The position numbers and the translations under genes are program-made. From NCBI GenBank assembly GCA_965240325.2, contig OZ251244.1, forward strand, positions 1,054,001-1,118,000: 64,000 nt of DNA, read 5' to 3'. How positions within the stretch are numbered: position 1 is the first letter of the stretch; the number at the start of each line of letters is the position of its first letter. The notes below the pieces were generated by a model. It did no database searches. It was not told where the DNA came from and was given only the letters and a program-made list of their open reading frames with translations. This stretch comes from Rebecca billardiae RCC1528. Its lineage: Eukaryota; Protista; Haptophyta. Positions 1 to 10,391 of this stretch are shown here, one piece after another.

Positions 1-1230
1 CCGCCTCGTTGGCGCAGGCGGGCGGCGCGAGGGCGCGAGTGGCGAGCTGCGTTGGGCAGGAGTTGGGAGTCGTCGGCTTCAGCCGCCGCGCCCGGAAAGG
101 CCGCGTCCGCCCGTCCGGTATGCGGTATCCGATTCATGCGCGCATCCCGACGCACCCGCGCGAGCTCGTTGGGCGCGCTCCGCCTCGGCCGGGCTCCCAG
201 ATGACGCCCGTGTACCCTCGCGCCGAGCCGCGTTCAGCCGCATCGGAAGCACTGGCCTCATCCCTCGGGCCTAGCTCCGCCCGGCCACGATCCGACCGAC
301 GGCGAGACCGCCACCCGACTCGGCGGCGGCGCACTCTCACGATCCCCCGAGCGGCTGCACGCCACGCCGACGGGCGAGACGGTGCCTTCGGTCGCGTGCA
401 TGGAGGCTCGCGCGAGCCTGGTGAGCATTGCGTTCAATGCCATCGGCAGTCGTGGGCCGAGTGGCCGTTTCAGCCCGCCGGCGGCGCCACCGGGCGCCGG
501 ACGCGGCACCGTGCGGTCGAGACTCGTTTGCCGACGCCGGCGGACCGTGGAGCCCATCGGGTGCGTGGCTCATCGGCCGTTCGTTGCATTCGGAAGGCGA
601 TGCCGCCATCGCCGTGGGCGAGCGCGCCGCCTCCAGCGTCGCCCATCGCGTGTACTAGTACCGCCTAGCCTGACGCGTCTGGCGGGTCAACCGTAGCGGG
701 CCGTATACTCCGTACTGTGAACTACTCTGTGTCAGTCAGTCCGAGGCCTCCAGCGGTGTCGGCTGTCAATCAAGCAGTGAGACTACTTACATCAGCTGCC
801 GGTGTCAGTGACTCATCAGCAGTCTCAGTGCGCGGTCGTGCGAAGGCGCCGAGAAGTGCGCGCATAGAGCTCGTCATTGATGCTGCGCGCTGTCTGACAC
901 TTGGCCGGATGACGACAGCCGCCGCCGGGCCCAGGGGCTGAGCAGGGCAGGGCCGCACTGCGGGGCCTCGTGCGTAGCCTCCAGCTGACGCTCCGCAGCT
1001 CAGCCGCCTCGGCCCGACGAGGCGCTGCCCACCCAGCGGGCCGCGCGCCGCAGCGCAACGTTATTGGCGCAGTGTACATGCCGCCGCCGACGCGAGCTAT
1101 CGCCGCCGTGCGGCGGAGGCCAGGGCGTTGCGCGCGCTCGTCGCGAGCGCCGAGGGCGCGTCGCGCGGCACCGGCACCGCGTCGCGGCCGGCCGCGCGCG
1201 TGGCAACCGCCGCCTGGGCGGGCCGCCCGC

Positions 1231-2723
1231 CTACTCGTCGGCGGCGGGGTCGATGTCGTCCACGCCCGCGATGCCCGCCTCCTGCAGCTTGGCGCGCAGC
1301 TCCTGCGCGCCGAGCCGCGGCGGCGGCGGGCGGGCGGGCGGGCGCGGGCGCGGGCGCGCGGCGACAGGCAGCGCGATCGGTCGGTCAGTGTGTGGGGGCC
1401 GGCCGGCCGCGCGCTCGGGCGCGCGCGGCGGGCGCGCGCGCGCGCGCGCACCTTGACCAGCTCGTTCTTCTTGGCGAGCATGGTGCGCACGTTTTTGAAC
1501 TGCGACGACGCCTCGACGCGCGCGCTCAGCTGCGCCTCGGCGCCCGCGAGCTTCGCCTCAAGCTCGGAGACCGAGGCCTGCGCGCGCTCGAGCTCGGCGC
1601 GGAGGGCGGAGCCGGCGGCGGCGGCGCCGCCCGCGCCCTGCTCGCGCAGCGTCGCCGCCTCCTGCCGCGCCGCGCTCAGCTCCTTGGTGCTCGCGAGCAG
1701 CTTCGAGCGCAGCTCGTCCACCATGGGATCGCTGCCGCCGCCGCCGCCCGCGCCACCGCCCGCGCCGCCCGCGCCGCCCGCGCCGCCGCCGCCCGCCGCG
1801 CCCGCCGCCTCCTTCGCCGCGGCGAGCTCCTCGCGGCACGCCTCGAGCTCGCGGCCCAGCGCCGTCTTCTCGCGCAGCACGCCCTGCAGCTGCGCCTGCA
1901 GCTTCATCAGCTTCTCCTGCGCCGACGCCGCCGACTCCTTGGCTGAGTCGAGGTCGCGCGCCGACGTGCCAAGCGTCGGCAGCGCGCGCGCGAGCGGCTT
2001 GCCGACGTGCGCGCGCACGGCGAGGGCGCCCTTCCCGCCGGAGAGCGCGTCCTGCTCGAACGCGGCGATCGCCTTGTGCAGCCCGCCGTCCTCCGTCCGC
2101 GGGATATCCAGGCTCACGCCCGCCGCGCCGCCGCCGTCCGCGCCGCCGCCCGCGTCCGCACCCGACTGCTCGAGGACCTGCACGAGGAGGAGCGCGCTCG
2201 AGTGCGAGAGCTGCGTGAGCTCGCGCATCATGTTGGCGCGCACCGTGCCCAGCAGCCCATCCAGCAGCTCCTCCACGTCCTGCTGCGAGTACGAGTCCTC
2301 GAACAGCCTGCGCGCGCGCGCGCGGCGCGCCGAGCGCGCGCTCGTGAGCGTGCTCGAGCGCGCGCGCGCGCGCGCCGCGCCGCGCCCGGGCCGCGCGCGC
2401 GCGCACCGCGACTCGCGGAGCTCCTTGAACTCCGCGGCGACCTCGCCGATGCACTGGTCGCGCTTCCGCCTGAGGAACGCGAGGTACTCTCTGCGCCGCG
2501 CCGGCGGCGTGCGCGCGAGAGAGAGAGGCGGTTGGGAGGAGGCCGCGCGCGCGCGCGGCGCGGGTCGCGCGCGCGCGCGCGCGCGCGCGCGCTCGGGGGC
2601 GCAGGGCCGCGTGGTGCGAGGCGCGGCGCCACCGTGCCGCGCGCCCAGGGGCCCGGGCGTGAGCCCGCCGCCGCGCCGCGCGCACCGCACGTGCTGCTGC
2701 GACTCGTCGCTCAGGTCCGCCAT
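1231..2723 (-). CDS. LZTFL1: Leucine zipper transcription factor-like 1 (LZTFL1/BBS17), BBSome regulator; exons 2723-2686, 2490-2407, 2307-1452, 1302-1231
   Basis: The spliced protein reads MADLSDESQQHVREYLAFLRRKR…FKELRESRLFEDSYSQQDVEELLDGL…RELTQLSHSSALLLVQVLEQ…coiled coil…FKNVRTMLAKKNELVKELRAKL…DE*. This matches the LZTFL1 N-terminal pattern and the C-terminal KKN motif. Three GT-AG introns (2685-2491, 2406-2308, 1451-1303) keep the frame. Confidence 0.88.
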
Positions 2724-2859
2724 GGCTGCCGCGGGAGCCGCTCGCCAAAGGAGAGTTCACGCGCCGCCAACCGGTACGACGACAGTAAGTAAGCTTTTAC
2801 AACGGTAGATGGTTGGGCGCTACTCAGACTCACTAGTACAGCCGCCAAGGTCGCACTGG

Positions 2860-4134
2860 CTAGGGCGGGTCGAAGACGCGCACGCCGTACGCGCGCAGCG
2901 CCGCGCCGCCGTCCGCGCGCAGGCAGTAGCGGCCGACGAGCCGCGGCGCGCCGGCGGGCGGCGCGCCGCAGCGGCACTCGCCGGCGGCGGCGGCGCGCTG
3001 CCACGCGCCGCCGTGCAGCGCGCACGCGCGGCGCGCGACAAAGCTGCCGATGCCGGCGAGCGCCTCGGCGCCGAGCGCCTCGGCCAGGTCGCGCGCGCGG
3101 TTGAAGTGCCCCGCGCCGCGCGCGTGCACGCACAGCGCGGTCGGCGCGGCGCAGCCGCGGCCCGCGGCGCACGCCATCCGGGCGCCGCTCGGCGGCGGCC
3201 GCGCGAGCGCGCCGAGCGCGCCGGCGGGCTCGGCGCAGCCGTTGGCGCGCGCCCACGCGGCGAACGCGGCGGCGGCGCCGGCGCACGGGCGCCCGGCCGC
3301 GCGCGCCGCCTCCTCGATCCCGCAGCAGCACGCGCCGCCGTCCCCGCCGCCGGCGGCACCGGCGTAACCGCCGTCGCCGCCGCCGCAGCCGCAGCCGCCG
3401 AACCGGACGTACTTGTCGTCGACGGCGTGGTGGAGCAGCAGCGCGGTGGGCCGGCGGACGGTGGCGTTGAGGGCGCCGGCCGGCACGGCGCCCGCGGAGG
3501 ACGCCGCCGCGCGCAGGTGGGCCGCCGTGTACCCGGCGATGCCGACCGCGCCGGCGAGGAGCGCGGACGTGTGCGCGAGCTCGGTCGCAAGGAAGCCGCC
3601 GTTGCTCCAGCCGAGGGCGAAGAGCGCCTCGGGGCTGGCGGGGCGGATCGCGCGGAGCGCGTGCGCCAGCACCTCCGCCGCGTACGCGCGGTCGTCCACG
3701 CGCGCCGCCAGCGCCGGGCCGCAGCACTCGTTCGCGCTCCACGAGCGGTTGGTCGGGATTCCGGCGAGAAGGACGAGCCCGCGCGCGTCGGCGAGGTCGT
3801 AGAGCGCGGCGGCGACGTGGTGGGCGGCGCAGCCGTAGCAGCCGAGCGTGAGCAGCACGGGCGCGCTGCGCGCCGCGCGCGCCGCGCACACCGACGGCGG
3901 CAGCCACGCGAGGTAGCCGCGCGCGCCCGCGCGCGCCGGCGCGAGCGGCGCGAGCGCGCGCCGCGGCAGCCGCGCGCACAGCGCGTCCGTCACGTCGCCG
4001 GCGGCGTCCGGCGCGGGCGGCGCGGCGAGCGCGCGCGCGTCGGGCCGCGCCGGGCCGTCGGCGCGCGCGCGCGCGCGCGCGAGCGCGCCGAGGAGGAGGA
4101 GGAGGCACGCGGCGCCGATGAGCCGGGGCGCCAT
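2860..4134 (-). CDS. Secreted alpha/beta-hydrolase, LpqC/PHB depolymerase-like esterase
   Basis: Signal peptide MAPRLIGAACLLLLL, then SWSANECCG, VDDRAY, nucleophile elbow GWSNGG, HAVDDKYV and GAGHF. The ATG at 4134 is preferred over the upstream start in the track. Confidence 0.75.
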   Translation of the reverse strand: MAPRLIGAACLLLLLGALARARARADGPARPDARALAAPPAPDAAGDVTDALCARLPRRALAPLAPARAGARGYLAWLPPSVCAARAARSAPVLLTLGCYGCAAHHVAAALYDLADARGLVLLAGIPTNRSWSANECCGPALAARVDDRAYAAEVLAHALRAIRPASPEALFALGWSNGGFLATELAHTSALLAGAVGIAGYTAAHLRAAASSAGAVPAGALNATVRRPTALLLHHAVDDKYVRFGGCGCGGGDGGYAGAAGGGDGGACCCGIEEAARAAGRPCAGAAAAFAAWARANGCAEPAGALGALARPPPSGARMACAAGRGCAAPTALCVHARGAGHFNRARDLAEALGAEALAGIGSFVARRACALHGGAWQRAAAAGECRCGAPPAGAPRLVGRYCLRADGGAALRAYGVRVFDPP

Positions 4135-4619
4135 CGTGCCGCCGTCCCGATCTGTGCCGAAGGACGCTGGACGCATCCGGCCGGCGGCCGTCCGCCCCGC
4201 CCGCCCGTTGGCAAGTCTTTGACGAGCGGCGGCGCGGAGCTGGGCGCACGCGACGCGCGCGTCTGGGAGGCGTGCCATCAGCGCGGCGAGGAGGACGGGG
4301 TCCAGCCCGAGCCTACGATGATGCTCGGTGGCACACCACGTCGGCTGCTTGCCGGCCGTTCAGAAGGCGAGTCCTTGCCGCGCGTGCAGCACGGCCACGG
4401 GAGTGTAAACGGCGCACCGGGCCCAGGCGGAGTTTGAGCGCGCGCGGCTGCTCCGCCAGCAGGGGAGAGAAAGAGGCGTGGCCGCGCCGGCCGAGCGGAC
4501 CACGCTAGACTGTTGCACGGGTCACCATGGCCAGGGCCGGAGGGAGCGAGCCGGCGAGCGCCGCTGCCGCGCACTCGGTGCCCAGGGCTAACGGCTCGAA
4601 ATCACGTCACAAACACCGT

Positions 4620-4840
4620 GGTTGGGTGGTGGCCGAGTGGTGGTCGTTGCGGGGCGCGCACCGTACGAGCTGACCCGCGCCGCCGCCGAGTACTATAGAG
4701 CGTGCGCCGACCGGAGGCGTTCACACGGCTGTCGACCGAGCACGCGCAGCCGGCGCGGCCGGCAGCACGCGGACTCACGTCAGAGGCCGGGTGTTGAATA
4801 AGTTGAGGGGCTCCGCGCCCTCGAAGCCCCGAAGGCCGAA
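4620..4840 (+). repeat. Degenerate dispersed copy of the ~220-bp tRNA-Leu-headed repeat
   Basis: Starts ggttgggtggtggccgagtggtggtc and shares gcgcgcaccgtacgagctg, tagagcgtgcgccg, gtcgaccgagcacg and gggtgttga with the units at 21500-22170. Confidence 0.7.
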
Positions 4841-4893
4841 TCTGCCACTCATCAGCTGACTGACTGGCATGACGCCTCGGCTGCCCTAACACG

Positions 4894-4894
<1 letters not shown>

Positions 4895-4938
<44 letters not shown>

Positions 4939-4998
4939 ATATATATATATATATTATATGACTCTCTCTCTAGCTCTCTCTCTCTCTCTCTCTCTCTC
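4895..4998. repeat. Compound microsatellite (CA)n-(TA)n-(TC)n
   Basis: Visible directly in the sequence. Confidence 0.95.
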
Positions 4999-5489
4999 TA
5001 CTGCTTTATTAATAATGAATCCGTGCGCACTCATCGTCAGGCCGAGCAGCAGCGCACATATCATCCTGATACGGCTGACTTATTGCCGCCGCGCGCCAGT
5101 AGAAGTTGGGCGACTTGGCGGGCGTCAACGCGCGGCGGGCGGCACTTCTCACTCATCACGCGTCATCATCACATCACTGGCTCGTCATGCGGCTGTGGAC
5201 GGGCGGCCACCGCGCGGCGTCAGGCCCCGCGTGCCGTCCCCGCGACTGCTCGGTAGTGGCTGTAGATGGCGGTCGTGCTGCATGTTGTACATTCGAGCAG
5301 CAGTAGTCGGGCTGTCGGCATGATCGCCTTGCTGCGGCGGCTAACACGCTTGGCGCAACATGTACGCCTCAGAGGGTAAGAGTTTGGGTCGGCGCAGGTC
5401 ATGGCCGTGATGAATGAGGCGACGACGGGGGCCGCGACCCGGACTCCGCTACACGGCGGGAGTAGCCTTGACTGTGAAGGGGACTTGAT

Positions 5490-7712
5490 TCAGAGCAAGT
5501 AGTGCGCACGAGTCGGAGTAGGGCTGCTTGCAGCAGTGGCTGCCTTTGCAGCGCCGGAGCGGTGCGCGTACCCGTAGTAGTGCTGCTTGATGGCCACGGC
5601 CACGGCGCCTAGGGCAACGGCGGCCATGCCGACTCCTGCCAGCATGCCGACCACCGCTCCGCCTGCGTGCGGCTGCGACAGCGCGTGCGACACCGGCAGA
5701 CCGCGAGGAGCTGGCTCGGCGCGCGCCGCAATGAGGGAGGGCTCGAAGAGCTCGGCGGGGAGGCCAGGGGTGAGCCGGCGAAGCAGCGTCTCGGCGCCAT
5801 GCCCGAGTGTCCCCAGGCCGGTGGTCAGGTCGTAGCCGACCGTAGCGTTGTAGCGCACGGCGGGGTTGTAGCACGAGCTGTACGGCCGCGGCTTCGCGGG
5901 GAAGGCCGGCGCGCCGTAATCGCCCCAGCCGTTGTTGCCGACGGTCACGTCATAGAAGGCGGGGGCGGCCGAGCCCGCCGTCTCCGCGTGCGCGCGGTAC
6001 AGCAGCGGGTTGATCCAGCCGAAGCGCTCGCCCGTGAACGCGAGCGAGATCAGGCCGGCCATCACGGGCGATGCGATCGACGTGCCAAACACACAGGTCT
6101 CCGCACCCCCGAAGACGATGGCAAAGTTGGCGCCGACCGCGGCCACGTCCGGATAGGTCCGCGCGCGCGGCGCCGGGCTGCCGAGCTGCCAGGAGAAGTC
6201 GTAGCCGGCGTCGGCCGTGAACACATCGCTGATGCCGCCTCCGCTCGTGATCGTCGCCGGCCCCGCCGCGCCCGGGACGCCGTCCGCCATCGTCGTCGTC
6301 TCGCACTCGCGGCAGCCCAGCCCGGCCTCGAATGTGGTCGCTCCCACGGCCGTCACCCACGGGCACGACGCCGGGAACTCGGGGCGGTACGCGTTGCACG
6401 CGTAGCTGCCGTTCCTCGCGCCCGAGCAGCCGCCGTCGCCGCTCGAGGCGAACGTCGTGATTCCCGCGAGCGCGAGCACGTACAGCTCGTCACAGACCGC
6501 GCGCAGCGCCTCCTTCTGCCCCTCGGTCACGGTGTAGCCCGGGGCGCTGCCGAGCGGCTCGGCGCCGGCGTCGTAGCCCTCGGGCGCGCCGTACGAGATG
6601 GAGAGGAAGTCGGGCGTCGGCCCCGCCGCCTCGTCGCGCTCGACGAGCGTGTGCACGTACTGCACGAGCGCCGTGGTGAAGCCGCTCTGGATCTCGCTCA
6701 GCATGGTGAGGCCTGTGCCAAGGCTCACAAACTCGCCCTCCGCGTGCTGGTTGACCGTGAGCGCTGCCTGCACGTCCAGCGCCGCCTCCTGATCGACATT
6801 GGAAGTGCAGCTGGTGCACAGCCCGCTCGAGACGCCGTCCGCCGTGTACACCGCGGTCACGCGCGCGCTCGTCCGCGCGCCAGTCCGCGCCTGCAGGCAC
6901 AGCAGGTCGGCCGGGTCGAACTGCGCGCCCGACGTGCCCGGCGAGAACTCGACGAGCCCGATGCGCGCGCGCGCAGCCGACGCGTTGAAGGTCGGGTTCA
7001 CGCCGTACGAGTTGGCGAGCGCGCGCCACGTGACGGACTGGTACTGCTCGATGCGCTCGACGACTGCCTCCGCGGTGCACGCCGCCGGCAGGGCGTCCAC
7101 GCCCAGCGGTGGCGGGTGGGTGACGCGCGCCGGCGTGCTCGGCGCCGCGCCGAGCAGCCGCAGGTCAAAGAGCGCGCCCATGCAGTGCGCGTCGGTGGGG
7201 ATGGGCGTGCCCTCGATGGTCTCCGCCGCGAGGTCGACGACCTTTTGGAGCGGCCACGCGTCAAACGCCGCGGTCGACTCGGCGCTCGGCTGGGTGCCGT
7301 TGCACACCATCTGCTTGTTCTTCATGCCGGTGCCGGACGCCTGCGCGGTGGCGCACACGAGCGCAAGCACGTTGGCCTTGGCGGGCGGGCCCTCGAGGAC
7401 GGCGTAGCGCCCGCCGAGCAGGCGCCGGGCCACGGTGAAGCCGATGGCCTCGTACAGCCCGAGCTCGTGCGCGGCGGCCTCCGCCGAGCAGCTCAGCTCG
7501 ATCCGCTCGGCTGCGGCGGACAGGCTGAGGTAGTGACGGCTCGCCGCGACGCGCGCGAGCTCGGCCGCGTCCGTCTGGTGGCGCGCACGGCGGAGCGCGA
7601 GGGTGAACTGCACGCGTGCTGCCCCGCCTGCCGCGGGGTCGGCACCGAGCGCGAGTGCGGGTAGGCTGGCGAGCATCAGCCATGCGGCGGCGCGTGTGCC
7701 ACGCGAGCCCAT
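5490..7712 (-). CDS. Sedolisin/tripeptidyl-peptidase I (S53 family) with signal peptide, prodomain and C-terminal TM helix; copy 1
   Basis: Catalytic E-x3-D (QEAALDVQ), SISYG, oxyanion SSGDGG, FPASCPWVTAVG, SGGG, YPDVAA, nucleophile GTSIASP, Ca-site YDVTVGNN…GYDLTTGLG. Intronless. Confidence 0.93.
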   Translation of the reverse strand: MGSRGTRAAAWLMLASLPALALGADPAAGGAARVQFTLALRRARHQTDAAELARVAASRHYLSLSAAAERIELSCSAEAAAHELGLYEAIGFTVARRLLGGRYAVLEGPPAKANVLALVCATAQASGTGMKNKQMVCNGTQPSAESTAAFDAWPLQKVVDLAAETIEGTPIPTDAHCMGALFDLRLLGAAPSTPARVTHPPPLGVDALPAACTAEAVVERIEQYQSVTWRALANSYGVNPTFNASAARARIGLVEFSPGTSGAQFDPADLLCLQARTGARTSARVTAVYTADGVSSGLCTSCTSNVDQEAALDVQAALTVNQHAEGEFVSLGTGLTMLSEIQSGFTTALVQYVHTLVERDEAAGPTPDFLSISYGAPEGYDAGAEPLGSAPGYTVTEGQKEALRAVCDELYVLALAGITTFASSGDGGCSGARNGSYACNAYRPEFPASCPWVTAVGATTFEAGLGCRECETTTMADGVPGAAGPATITSGGGISDVFTADAGYDFSWQLGSPAPRARTYPDVAAVGANFAIVFGGAETCVFGTSIASPVMAGLISLAFTGERFGWINPLLYRAHAETAGSAAPAFYDVTVGNNGWGDYGAPAFPAKPRPYSSCYNPAVRYNATVGYDLTTGLGTLGHGAETLLRRLTPGLPAELFEPSLIAARAEPAPRGLPVSHALSQPHAGGAVVGMLAGVGMAAVALGAVAVAIKQHYYGYAHRSGAAKAATAASSPTPTRAHYLL

Positions 7713-7948
7713 GCCGTCGTCGTACGTAGTCGCGGAGGTCGACGAGGAGCGCGCGCTTAATTGGCTGATGAGGCTCGCGTGGCCGGGTTGAGTGCTCACG
7801 AACCACGCTCGCGGTGTATTTTCGTGCAACAACCACATGGAAAGTTCTGGACTTGACGAATGACTGAATCTCGATCAGCTTCGTTGGCACGCGCTATAGT
7901 ATTTGTTTCGTCGTTGATTGGGCACGATTGTAAAGTGCTTGTCGTGCT

Positions 7949-8121
7949 GTCAAATCTCGCCTGCCTGAGCTGTACATGTGCGTCTCTCATATTCTTAGTC
8001 AACTGTACGAATTTTTCCGGCGGCGCTACCATCGGCGACGGCTTCATGGGCGGTGACAGTTGGCGGGCGTCAATCTCGCCTGCCTGAGCTGTGTGCGTCT
8101 CTTATTCTTAGTCAACTGTAC
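7949..8121 (+). repeat. Imperfect ~55-bp direct repeat (7949-8008 / 8069-8121) upstream of sedolisin copy 1 only
   Basis: atctcgcctgcctgagctgt…tattcttagtcaactgtac occurs twice here and is absent from the equivalent position of copy 2. Confidence 0.8.
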
Positions 8122-9059
8122 CTTCGAAACGACGTCGACGTCCTTCCCACTACGTAGATGGATATGGATAGATAGATTTGTGCTTCGTCAAATACATTGT
8201 ACAGTGTGTTGCCCATAAGCACCGCTGCCAGCAAGGCCCGCTGCCAGGTTCTTTTTGGGTACTCATCACGGGCAAGTTGGGTAGCCGTAAGCCGTGGGCG
8301 GCGTCAAGTGGATTACAGGTCGTCGATGGTTCAGAAGGAATTCGATGAGGGCAGAATGATCTGAGACAAAATCCCGGAGCGTGTTTTGCGCTCGACCACG
8401 ATGGCGCTCACGCCCATCGCGCACGTCGTTGTGGAGGGCATCAGACGAAGACTTCAAGCTGCGAGTCTCGTGGGCTAACTCCATGCCGCTGCGAGGAGCA
8501 CGAGCCCCATCAAGTTATCCTCACTTTGGGTGGGGGAGGGCAATAATTTGAGACAAACCGCGTGCGCGCACGCCCGAAGGGCTCACCATGACTGGGGAGA
8601 GCAAGCTTCCCATGGGCTCTTGACGCGTATCTGGCGTCCCTATACTACCTCCCATGGCATGGCCAGCCGTCAGGTTGGCGTGGCCCTTGTAGTAGTAGAC
8701 TACCTTGCTCACGTCACTGAAGGGCACAGTGCATCGCGGTTCGCGGGCGTCTCACAGTGGCGGGGCATGTTTGGCGGCTACGTTTGGTGCGTGCAGGCCA
8801 GGCGTGGGCAGCGGAGCAGCCGGCAAACGAGCGGAGGTGCCAGGCATGCACCTTGGGCACCCATGCGACGCGCCTCGACAGACTTGCGTCCACCTCACCG
8901 GGCGCTGTAGCGCGTGCGAGGCGGGCGCCATGCACCAAGCCCAGTGGGCACTACTGGGCCGCCACTGGGCCGCCGCCTTTGTCTCAAAGTGCCCTCTGTC
9001 TCATTCTGCCCTCATCGACCTGTAGTGTGCGTCTTAGTAAATAACCGCGAGTGTGTCGT

Positions 9060-9325
9060 ATGGCGGGGCTGCGCGCGCTGCACTGCCCCGCGCTGCGCCG
9101 ACGCCGAGGCCCGCTGCCCGGTCCCGGCGAGGGCTCGTAGAGCGTGCGCCGACCGGAGGCAGTCACGCGGCTGTCGACCGAGCACGACTGGCACGCGCGG
9201 CCGGCGCGGCCGGCAGCACGCTGACTCACGTCGGAGGCAGGGTGTTGATGGGCTCCGCTCGAAGCCCCGAATCCACACACGTTGGATGGCCGAGCTGGTC
9301 GTGGCGGGCGCACGTGTACCGCGTG
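9060..9325 (+). repeat. Degenerate copy of the ~220-bp tRNA-Leu-headed repeat
   Basis: Same internal blocks as the 21.5-22.2 kb units, plus the head gttggatggccgagctggtc at 9281. Confidence 0.72.
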
Positions 9326-9747
9326 CTGCCACTCGCGCCGCCAGCCTGGCCAGAGGGTCGAGCGATGCGACTACCGGCTAATGATGGAGCCGCGCGCGCT
9401 ACGCGCGCCGCTGCTGTGCGCCGCTGCGCGGCATTCCGCCACGACCACTGCGGTGGCGGCGCGCGCGCGTCGACGCCAGTGGACTCGCTCGGTGCGTCGT
9501 CGAGGGCTTCCGCTCCGGGCGATGCAGAGTGATGCTGGGCGATAATGAGGGGGGGGGGCGACTGTGAGGAGCGCTGATGATAATCTGCCTGCTGAGCTGG
9601 TGTTTGTCATATCCCTTACTCCTACTAGCTACAGTATGAGTACTGCTGCTAGTTGGTGACCGATATCTGCTACAGCTGACTGACTCTGACAGTGACGCCT
9701 GCTGCCCGTTGCATAATGCATGCCAGCACCACGACGTTATTAACAAT

Positions 9748-9779
<32 letters not shown>

Positions 9780-9784
<5 letters not shown>

Positions 9785-10391
9785 AGCTGACGCAGCCTGG
9801 GACGCGCATCTCAGCAGATGGCGTCGCCGCTGGGACGTCAGGGCCGGCGCCGCACCAGGCGGGCCGGCGTCATCAGCTACGGAGCAGTGGCTGGCTGGCG
9901 GCGCGCGCGCGCGGCGCGCGCGGCGGCAGGAGCGCGAGCGCAGCAGCGCTGGCGCGGATCGACGTGGACGCGGAGCGCGGACGCGGCAGCGCGGACGCGG
10001 AGCGACACGGACGCGGCGCGTGCGCGGGCGGTACGGCCCGGCGCAGCGCGACACGGTGACGTCGCACGGGCATGGCCCGGACGCCATCGTGGGAGTCCAT
10101 CCAGATTTCCACTTTCGGAAAAGTGGGAATCCGGCTGAGGGCGGACGGACGAGGACGTCCGGGAGTTACGTCGGGACGGGCGGGTTTTCGGGAAGGTAAC
10201 GCATTCCCCGGAGCCGGCCGCGACGTGGTCACCCCGCGACCAAAAAAGGTCGGCGGGAGGTTAGCTTGTCTTCGTAAAGGAGCGAAGGGAAGGAGGTTGC
10301 CTCTCGTGGTCGACATCGACGACGCGCCCGAGGACGCGCCGGTGAGCTCTTAGCAGGGCTCGAGACGCTCGGAGCTCGCGTTTACCCAATA
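9780..10391 (+). repeat. 5' LTR (TGTTG…CAATA)
   Basis: Direct repeat of 16321-16932. Confidence 0.95.

Larger units (their letters stand above)
5030..8284 (+). repeat. Segmental duplication, copy A (copy B ~18180-21224)
   Basis: Near-identical from atcgtcaggc…cgcacatatcatc to catcacgggcaagttgggtag, including the sedolisin gene and both flanks. Confidence 0.92.

Noticed and set aside
1-960. Overlapping ORFs at the window start
   Set aside because: No recognisable motifs or consistent coding frame; could be UTR or part of a gene outside the window.
825-2723. 632-aa ORF taken as one protein
   Set aside because: It reads through two stop-free 3n introns and misses the last exon; the spliced LZTFL1 model fits better.
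8266-8940. Short coding-like minus-strand ORFs
   Set aside because: Fragmented, and no family recognised.
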